Position numbers and translations under genes: made by a program. From NCBI GenBank assembly GCA_002633005.1, contig NMRA01000504.1, forward strand, positions 149,571 to 213,517: 63,947 bases of DNA, read 5' to 3'. Source of the stretch: Phoronis australis (Eukaryota; Animalia; Phoronida). A model generated the notes under the pieces. The model was not told the DNA's origin. It made no database searches and worked only from the letters and a program-made list of their open reading frames with translations. This document shows, in pieces, positions 48,776-58,690 of the stretch (position 1 is its first letter; every line of letters starts with the position of its first letter).

Positions 48776-51312
48776 TTTATTACTTGAAGGTTAAACACAA
48801 ATAAATTTATTCCAACATACGTACTTTTCAGTTTGGTGGCTATAGTGTAGGCCTATCTGATTTTGACTCAGGAGTTTCACCTCAGTGCTCAATCCCAGCA
48901 TTAGCCCTAGGGGCAGTACCCGGAAATTGTTGTTTTTAAGGAAATTTTTAATAGTTTTCATTTATTTCGTCTAAATGGACATCGTTTTGTTTCGTAGCAA
49001 AAGTGAGGTACATTTTTGTTATTCATATAGACGTAGGCTGGCGTTCAACTGAACTTCTCTCCAAAATTGACAGCTTTCAATCGGCATAAGAGGGGCAATG
49101 GATTACGGAAATCAGAGCTATTTTCGAGCTGTTGTCACGAAAAAAATAATAGCTAAATTACTTTTTTGAGAAGCTCTAGTTTACACCTCGCCTGTAGAGT
49201 TAGAGAGAGCTCATTGGCGGTTAAAACATGATATGATTTATTTTTGTAAATAGCCATTTTTTGCTACTACACCAGACTTGCCACCTTTGTAACCATACCA
49301 CAGAGATTATTTACGTTTTAAATTAACTGAAAGCTACCTTTATGCAATGAAAATGCAAAAAATGTGAAGTTCATAAGAAGGTAGGCCTAACGTAAATGTC
49401 CTAATGGTGCAATTACGGCCTCCGTGCATTAATTTGACTTAGACACAGGCCTTGACCTACCGAAGCTAACTGCTTGCTTAGGACAAGTTGAGAGTGTACC
49501 TGAGCTATGAACCTGACTTTTTAATCAAAATATTTCGCTCGAAGATTGGAAATGCATAAACAATGCTATCGACTCGACTTAAGCGAGGAATCCCATCTTG
49601 TGACCTACTTTTCATTTGGCAGAATACAGCAGACGGCAGAAAAAAATGTATTAAGTGAATCTTCACTTTCTTTGTTCAAAATATCCTGACATCTAAGGCA
49701 TCGTACAGATAATTACGACTTTAAAGTACATATACAGCTTTACATGAACATATCGCATCAGTGGCCTTGCCATTTGTCAAGTGCAGGTGAGGGTTCTTCG
49801 GATTTTCGTTTGGGGTCCGAAATACTTTTGCTCTAGCACACCTAATTGGTAACTTATAGCTTGGACCCATCATATTAAATTTCGGTTGTTTGATAAGACT
49901 TCTACAGCGGCTACAGGATGAGACCGATGCTGTTTAATGAAGCTTCATGAGCGGCGCAGTACTTCATTAACTTTAGAAAAATCAAGTAATAAGTAATTCT
50001 CATTGCATGTTTGTATACTATTGAAGTGCTGGAGCATTGTATTTCCAAAATGAGCAATATAGGGGCACGAATTGAACTCCAATAATCTGGTAAATGCTGA
50101 CCAATATTCAATTTTTGTCCCGTTACATGTCTCAGTGGACGTGGAATAACATAGCCTTGTGCTTCGTACTACTCATATTTTCACTGTTCTAACGCAGCAA
50201 ATTATTTCAAAAGTGTAAATATTGATTGTTAATGACTTAAGCTCAATGCGGTAAGTTAGATCAGAGGAGAAAATTGATGAAGATTGACGAGAGAACCATA
50301 GTTTGACTAAACTAAATGTTTGTGTTGAATTGGCACATTTTATGTACCTGTGATGTGTCCTGGCTGTGATGTGGGGTGAGAATGTCTGGGAAAAGCGATG
50401 AAAACTAATACAGAATTGACGTCCAATTTTGCCCTGCTTTATCCTGCTATTTGTATGAAAATTCCAGTTTCATTTAGCTTTTTGTTAATAGAATATCACC
50501 GCCAGTCTCACGCAACTTCATTTGAAAGTTTGAACTTAAATTCATCAATTGTTTAGTATAATTAGCTCACTGGCATACACATCAAAACGCTCCCGGAATT
50601 TTTACTTAGAAGTATTTTTATATTCTACCACAAGGTGGCGATTTGATTGTCACGCAATATTGCCCTATTCTCTTCGTTTAACTTGTTTAATATGACCAAC
50701 AACATTTTGTCATTTTACCAAATTTATTGCCGGGAAATTTATACGAAATGTACAATTACAAACCCAATAATTTTTACTTGAAAAGTACATCAACAAATAA
50801 GGTGCAACATGAAATTCCCAGGTGATTAAAAGATCACGAAACCTTTTTAAATCTCTCAAAGTCGATTCAGGGCCCATTGACTATACGCCGGTTGTGCCTA
50901 CGCTAGTCCATGATAACAAGCCGAGGACGCAAAAGGGTATACGAGATTGACGCTTAGAAAGCGAAACATGTTTAACTTTTCGCGTCCTTCCCTCGCTGGT
51001 TCCCTGCGTGCCGATAGGTGGAGCGGTAGCCGCGCCAGCACGCAGGTATCACTAAATTTTCCTCGGTAAACTTTTTTCACCGGCATTTCTGATTTGCTAA
51101 TCGAATTCTCAACAGGCAGCGCTTTACGCAAACGAACTGGCATGACTGATGGACTGAAGTGTAAATGTCGTGGTCTGTTGTACAGACAAATCGGTGCTTA
51201 AAATTTATGTTCAGGAAATGTGAAGCCTAGAAATTGTGATTGAGCCTTTTCGGAATGCATCTTTCGATGACTTTTGTTTACGATAGTGTCCTGTATTCAT
51301 ACAGTATGAATA

Positions 51313-51501
51313 CATAGGCGGATTTAGGGGGGGGCCCAGGGGGCCCGGGCCCCCCCCCCCNATTTTTAGAGGAAAAAACAGAAAAATTTCCTGACCTCCC
51401 CCCATTCGGTGCTATGCGCATCTACAATCGTGGTTTGCGCAAATGCTTACAGCTGGAAAAGATGTTGGACGACCCCTTGTGATATCCTAGATCCGCCACT
51501 G
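51313..51501. mobile_element. MITE family D with a perfect 5-bp TSD (GAATA)
   Basis: CATAGGCGGATTTAG...CTAGATCCGCCACTG, flanked by GAATA at 51308-51312 and 51502-51506. Confidence 0.8.
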
Positions 51502-52398
51502 GAATAACACACAGGTTAAATCGGCCACATATGTGTTCATTGTACATGTATGTGCTTCAAGCACGCGGCTATTAAACATCACTGCAGAAACGAGTTGCTG
51601 CGACGCCACTTGCATGACAAGGATAAAAATCGTTCACAGTCCGCCATTTTTTTCACGGTGCTGTAAAGCTAACCAATGACTGCCAAGATTACATCGACCA
51701 ATGCTAATGCGCGTTCCCCTGCGTGATACCTGCGTGCTGGCTGGGCTAAGCACGCAGGGAACCAGCGAAGGGCGCATCCCTGACTGTTCGCCATTTTCAT
51801 TTTCTCGTATGTCGGTATTCTCACTGGCTATTATGCTGCACGAAACTCTGCACACCATTGTGTATACAACAATACTTGTACTTTTGATAAAATATCATCG
51901 TTGAAATAAAAAAGCTAAACTAGGACCGCTGTACTTGGAGCCCGAATTGAGGTTTTCTTTTTCCTTCGATAAGGAGAAGGTCATTTTCCTTACAGCTGAC
52001 AAAAATACGTTTCGTTTACTGCGGTCTACCGGTGTTATATTAGCAAAAAATCAATAACTGGCTTCATGCATTTTTGCAGTAATTCAATATGATAGCTTCG
52101 TTGAAATTGTCATGGTTGGGCGTGGGAAGGGGAGGGGAGAGGTGGGGGGTCGCAAAAGTTGGCCGATACTTCGTTGTAGTGGAATGTAAAATCCACTGAC
52201 AGCACGCGCGGTGTCTGGATAAAGACCATTGGGTACAGTTGCTCCACCGACCTATCCCGCTACCTATCGCTTAGAATCAGTTTTGTCGTATTCAGCAGCT
52301 TCAGTGCCCAATAAGAAATACCCGTCGTTTTTACGCAGACCTACGGTGGCCCGAAAGTATCATCGCTATTTTAGTTTATTTTTTTTTTTATTTTTCCT

Positions 52399-52960
52399 TT
52401 TCCACCTAGGAGGAAATATTTCAACCTAGGTGGAAATTATTTTCACCCGGGTGGAAACTATTTCAACCTAGGTGGAAATTATTTTCACCCGGGTGGAAAT
52501 TATTTCAACGTAGGTGGAAATTATTTTCACTCGGGTGGAAATTATTTCAACCTAGGTGGAAATTATTTCAACCTAGGTGGAAATTATTTTCACCCGGGTG
52601 GAAACTATTTCAACCTAGGTGGAAATTATTTCAACCTAGGTGGAAATTATTTTCACCCGGGTGGAAACTATTTCAACCTAGGTGGAAATTATTTCAACTT
52701 AGGTGGAAATTATTTTCACCCTGGTGGAAACTATTTCAACCTAGGTGGAAATTATTTTCACCCGGGTGGAAATTATTTTCACCCGGGTGGAAAATATTTC
52801 AACCTAGGTGGAAATTATTTCAACCAAGGTGGAAATTATTTTCACCCGGGTGGAAAATATTTCAACCTAGGTGGAAACTATTTCAACCTAGGTGGAAGTT
52901 TTTTTCACCCGGGTGGAAACTATTTCAACCTAGGTGGAAATTATTTCAACCTAGGTGAAA
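52399..52960. repeat. Tandem array of about 27 x 21-bp quasi-palindromic units in two variants
   Basis: Variant A is TATTTCAACCTAGGTGGAAA(T/C); variant B is TATTTTCACCCGGGTGGAAA(T/C/A). There are no spacers. Confidence 0.95.
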
Positions 52961-53072
52961 ATGTTATACATCCGGGCACCTATTTTCATCAGTGTTGTGA
53001 TTGGATGAAGTCTTGTAGGTGAAGGTCGATTGTGCCAGCCATTTTGTTCAACAAAGTTCAGATTAGGTTGCA

Positions 53073-54280
53073 ATGTCGGCGCCTTATCTGCCTCTTGGAG
53101 TTGCCGCGGACTTTAACAGAGACAGTGTGATTACGTATTACTTTGATCTTGGGTTCAAGTATAGGGAGATTATTGACTTTTTGCGGTTTTACCACGATTA
53201 CTGCCTTAGCCTTGTTCAGTTGAAAGGTGTTTTAAGGAGACTTGGGCTAGGGCGGAGGTGCTGCCACAAAGAACCCGTTCATAGTGTTATTAGCGTTATT
53301 GAACATGAGTTACGCGGCAGCGGCAAGCATCTTGGTTATCGGGCAATGCACGACAAGTTACAGAAGATGCACCAAGTCATCAGTGATCGTGACACTGTGC
53401 GAGTCATTTTAAAACACCTAGACCCAGAAGGTGTTGAAATAAGAAGTAAAAGACGTCTTCAAAGAAGGCAATATTGCGCCAAAGGTCCAAATGATCTCTG
53501 GCATATTGACAGATGGGACAAATTAAAACCCTTCGGTTTCTCTATTCACGGTGGAATTGACGGGTTTTCTCGCAGGAATTTATGGTTAGAAGTAGCCTCA
53601 ACAAATAATGACCCGTCCGTGGTTTGCCATTACTTTTCAAAAGTAATTGTGCAACTAGGTGGCTTGCCCAATGTGGTGAGGGCAGATCGTGGTACTGAAA
53701 ACGTGCACATTGAGTGGATGCAGTCCTTCTTGCGCAGTGCCAACAATGACGCCCGCGGTAGACTTCAGACTTCGTTTTTATATGGATGCTCCACAACCAA
53801 CCAGCGAATTGAATCTTGGTGGAGTAAGTTTGGTTCCAGGGGGATGACAACATGGATTGATCATTTCAAGGAGCTGGCTCATGCTGGAGTAATTGACACG
53901 TCGAATACCATCCACATAGACTGTTGTAGGTTTTCTTATATGCATCTGCTGAGAATTGAACTGGACGAAATATGGATGCTTTGGAACACGCATCATATTC
54001 GATCGTCCAGAAATCAATTTTCGCCATCTGGAAGACCCCATGTCAATTATTTCTTACCGGAAAGTACAGGAGCTGTTAATTGCATGCATGAAGTCAACAA
54101 CGCAGAGCTGGACGTCATTTCTAACGTGCTTACAGTCAACCAGTCTGTAGTAGTCCTGAGCACGAGGAATTGTTCCAACTTCTCATGAGAGAAGGAAATC
54201 GAGCAACACCCACTTGCATGGACGAGGCTGACAACACCTTGGTTTTCTTGCTGGATAACGTTGACTCGTATTTAAATTAA
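53073..54280 (+). pseudogene. Intronless integrase-core (RNase H-fold DDE) transposase with one frameshift near 54140
   Basis: Motifs GYRAMH, DPEGV..R..RRLQRRQY..KGPN.LWHID, IHGGIDGFSR, RADRGTEN and NQRIESWW. The catalytic D, D and E are present. The ORF track ends at 54188, but a shifted frame continues CSSPEHEELFQLLMREG..PTCMDEA.. to TAA at 54280. Confidence 0.88.
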
Positions 54281-54872
54281 CGTTTCTTGTATCATCAGTC
54301 CCACTTTGAACTAGAAAGGACGATTGGAAACGTTGCCTCGTCCAATAAAATGGCCTCGTCTTACCAACTGACAGTCAAATAGTGGGAGGCTACTGTGTGA
54401 TTCAACACAGAATTACGCAATCTTTTTCTAATTGCTTCTTTACATTTGAAAATTTGATTTCCTGTACTTTTCACTCATTATTTTGTTTCACTAACTTTGT
54501 TAATCAAACTTCGAAATTGCAGTAAGTGTGCGTGGGGTCGTCGCATGAACATCAGATCAAAAACTCATCTGTTTCCTTCCAACACGTATATTAGACATGT
54601 CAATAAACAAATACACATAAATCTTTTCTAAATTGTATGTAACTTTTCGTGATATATCCATTACAATGTCATTTCTCTGCGCATGTAGCCTTCACTAGTA
54701 TTATGTCATTCTACAGCCCTTTCCACCCCTGTGTGGGACTGCTATAACGCAATGACATTTTCAGCAAATACTTCAACAACCTCCAGTCCACAGAGGAATA
54801 AACAAATTTCAATAGTTTGGAGGTACAGCCTTGACGACAGCGAAGACTGCATTAACAGAACCACGTTACAGG

Positions 54873-56360
54873 TTAAGCACGTCCAAACCCAACTGAATTT
54901 AAAATGCCTTCATCCATATTGATCTTGAACGTGTCAAAGTCATCGGCAACTAAGTGTAAATATATTTTACAGTCGCAGGTGCTGGAAAATGGATATTTCC
55001 CTTCTCTGTGAAAGCTCAACGATGGAGATGGCGAATATCCCAAGGGTGGGATAACTTCACTTGCGGTGATGAAACGCAAGATGTCTTTGAGGGATGCTTG
55101 GCTTTTGTTTTCTGTAACAAAGGTTTTAATTCAATTACTTAAAGTTATGTATAACCTTTTCGACCTGTTTCACTTATTGAAATATCCATAAAATTATATA
55201 TTTTAACTCAGTAGAAGTACATATTCCCTGAAAATGGATAGCCTGCAGAAATTGATTTTTGACCATTCTGACATCAATCGAATCTTCTTGGTAAATGTCA
55301 CAAACAAGAAAGGAATATCCATAATTGCAAAACAACGTGTCAATAACACTGACCAAAACTTCGTTTGATATCAATGTTCAAGAGAATATGTAAACAAAAC
55401 GTTGCTACAGTTTTCTAAACTATGTCATTTCCGTTTTATGCAAATTTCGAGTAGTCATAGTAATCATAAGTCCTATTTTCATACCGTTAACATACCCTCA
55501 TGCTAAATGGAAACTTTTAAAAGCAATCTCTAACAGCCTTTTGGAGTTTTGGAGACTAGACTGTAGTGCATAAAGCATAGTGTCTGAAAGTTTCATACGA
55601 ATCCCGTCAACAGTTATGAGACAGGCCTTTAATTTTTCTATACAGCACTGAAATGGGCTTCTCATTCATATTGTTCTTTATTTTCCATGAAATTTCCATA
55701 ATGTTCTTTTCATTCCACTCACTGGTGAACAGCAAATGACTCATTATATCTGCATGTTACGAGAGACTTCGCTCACTAAATTCGGACAATAGCGAAAAGG
55801 CATTTTTGGAGGTCCACCGAAGTTGGATTTCACAAAGCCTGTCCCTCAATATTCGACAAAGAATGAATTTATTCTATTGGCATTAATATTGAGTGGTCGA
55901 AAAGCGCGCAGCAACATCTAACAACTATATAATTACCAAAATCTAAATTTATTTGAGTAAGGGCATTCAGAATACATGATCCGAAAGTTGGTGTGTCCTG
56001 TTACTTCCCCCCAAAGGAACATACCTACCAAATTTCAAAAGGATTGGTTTAATAACTAAAGTAGCACACGCTGGACGCCTGGTCGAGATGCACCCAAAAA
56101 CATTTATGTTACGTTTGGGTGCATAGCAAATGAATCTGAGCCTTAATTGTCTCACAAACCACATCACCCTCTGCATCATCCAAGTAGTCGTTCCAAAACG
56201 CCAGCGTTATTGCGGCTCTCTCTCGTTGATTTTCGGGCAGAGTCGGAACAAAAAGCTCCCTCAAATCATGTGACGTTAGCGGGATTGGCCGGTGGCAGAA
56301 GATGTTTCGGAACGCCTCGGGTTGTTGCCTGATTTTCTCCAACACCCCGAGCTGAGCAAG
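54873..56360 (-). pseudogene. 5'-truncated G2E3-type HECT E3 ubiquitin-ligase gene (last two exons: 56168-~56360 and 54873-55111)
   Basis: Spliced product LAQLGVLEKIRQQPEAFRNIFCHRPIPLTSHDLRELF...FWNDYLDDAE|ENKSQASLKDILRFITASEVIPPLGYSPSPSLSF...YPFSSTCDCKIYL...GILNSVGFGRA*. It contains the HECT C-lobe motifs L.F.T...IPP.G, P.S.TC (catalytic Cys) and the terminal GF. A phase-1 GT-AG intron spans 55112-56167. Confidence 0.85.
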
Positions 56361-57947
56361 TGATGGAATTCGTTAAAGTGACTTCTTCAAAACTGCAAAA
56401 GGACAGAAAATCTAAAACTTGGTGAACAAAAAGTGTGGCGGCGGAATATTTATACTGAGTACAAGAAAGGTGGGCGAGATAGTCCAAAAGAAGTAAGAAA
56501 ACCCACAAACTCTCTCGGGTTCGATAGCCAACAAAGGCGTTTTCGCATCACACTGCAGGGCCGTAGAAATCGAACGGGAAGGCCAAAAAATTGCAGTCGT
56601 CACGGTAAAAACCACGGCAAGCGACATAGGCTTGGTGCCGGGGGCAGTCGAGAAAAGAAAGATATGGATGAGAGAGAAAATTCAAGAGAACATTTGACAA
56701 CTCAGTATCAGTGCATGGTTTGAGGGTCCTGGCCAGGTCATTGTTGTTAGGGTCTCCGTTTTTGGTGCATACATGTAGGGCGTCTAAACACATTTGAAAA
56801 CGTGCACTTTATCATTCATAAATGTATTTCGAAAAATCGAGAAAATTCTTAAAGTGAAGCTTTTGCGGAGCATATTAATTCACTGGATTTTTAAATTCGA
56901 TAAGACAGTTTTGCAAATGCAGAAATACAAAATTATGTTTTCCAGAGGCCCTTCTGTAGCAAAGGATAACAAAGACAACTGACTCAATTTTTCGCGTTTT
57001 TCTTTCTCTAAATTTTATATCGCTTGACGGCCCAGCAGATAACATCAATTGCTGCGTATTTCCTGACTTTTGAAAATATAGATATTTTCATATTTAGTGG
57101 CCCAGCTCTTGAAGAGGACCATTGATGACATTCAAGTGGCCACCCTTTTCGTGTTTTGATTGGCAAATTCTTAAGGGGCCCCTCACGAAGAGAGGACCCA
57201 GTGCTAGAATCGATTATCACTATTTTCCTGTTTTTGTGAAATCGCGACAACCGGCTTCTGGCTTCTTGCAAGGTCACCCGACAATGGAAAGAACTGTCAC
57301 TCTTTTCCAAGCTTAACGATGTATAGCCTTTCATCTCAGGTATCCCATTTCAGACGGGACCCCCTCTCAGTGGGGCGATTCGGGTATCCCTCTATACATG
57401 TAAATGCGGCACTGCCAAGTATTTGCGAGAGGAAGCTGAGATTCCAATTTCATCAAAAACCCAAAACAACCGTGCACAGCACAGCAATATCAAAACATTC
57501 GACCCAAGCAACCAAAAAATGTGAAAAATACAATAGGATTGACCACCATCAAAAAGTTGGAATTTTGAAGAACGTGAAGATCACTATTCGTGAATTACAT
57601 AAAAAGGCTACGGACTTCCGATGGTTAGTTATAAAAATGTTATATTTTCCCATATTATCACAAGAATAGTATTTCTTTTGAAAGTCGTTACTAGGGACTG
57701 TTTGTAATGAATTCACAAATGTCGAAAGGACTGGGGGTTGCGATACTCGCAATAACAAACAAATATTTCAGCGGGTTTTTTTGGAGTTCAAGTTAAACTC
57801 GTGAACCGTTATAGGTACCTCGGAAATGAGAAAAAATACACCTTAATATGAATGACCCTTCTCCCATGTTCCCCGGCTTACCCGTCAAAAATCTGCCATC
57901 ATGCCTGCAGAAATTGCTTGTAGCATTCCGTTTTGATAAACGAATTC

Positions 57948-58690
57948 GTTGGTTTCTGATTTACATGTTTGTGTATCTACGAAAACCGACAGATTAATAT
58001 ACGATTTTTGGCTATTAGAAGCCAATATTATAAGAAATGACGATGTTTCATTGAATTTAGTTGAAGCCTGAATATGGAAAAATCTATAATCAGATCCCCA
58101 AATGAGTAAAGCGCACTTGGACGCTTCTTGTCTATCTAAAATAACTCTTAAAGACATTGATGAAATTTCGACAATCCCCAAAAACATACACACAAATCAA
58201 ATGACAAAAAATGTATTGCTTTTTTACTTCGGTACAAGATTTGTCGTTTAAACTCACTAACAGAGGATCAAAAAGCAATTAAGTCATTAAATCAAGTTAA
58301 ACGTATTGCTCATGGATTCGATCATTGTTGGTTTCTGAATTACATGTTTATGTATCTACGAAAATGAGCTGATTGGCCGATGATTATTTTTACAGATAGA
58401 AGCTAATCTTGTAAGAAATGACAATGCTTCAGCGAACTTAGTTGCAAGCAAATTCGATCTATCATCAGATCCCCAAATAACAAAGTACACTAAACAATTT
58501 GATTTGTCTATCTCAAAGATATCAATGAATGTCGGACAGCTCTGCAAAGTGTCCTAAAATTTTCCCACAATTCAAATGACAATAAACTGTTTATTGACTT
58601 ACGAAATAGATCAGTGGGTTTAATTTCACAAACGGTTAATCGAAGAAGTTTAACTACTTAAATGACTAAAATTAAACTTATTGCTCATCA
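57948..58690. repeat. Diverged tandem duplication, period about 379 bp, two copies
   Basis: GTTGGTTTCTGA.TTACATGTTT.TGTATCTACGAAAA at 57948 and 58327; ATCAGATCCCCAAAT and CAAATGACAA recur at similar spacing. Confidence 0.8.

Larger units (their letters stand above)
52342..56565. mobile_element. Decayed IS3-like eukaryotic DDE transposon (IS3EU-like) with a HECT-ligase cargo; right end uncertain
   Basis: Left end TACGGTGGCCC at 52342, then a 21-bp array, a DDE ORF (+) and a HECT fragment (-). Candidate right end ...GGGCCGTA at 56565. No TSD (flanks CAGACC and GAAATC). Confidence 0.55.

Noticed and set aside
52399-52960. CRISPR-like appearance of the palindromic array
   Set aside because: The units abut with no unique spacers, there are no cas genes, and the context is eukaryotic.
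57008-57334. 108-aa ORF with YAAID, reminiscent of a DEDDy exonuclease III motif
   Set aside because: No exo I or exo II motifs and no supporting exon structure were found, so it is probably chance.
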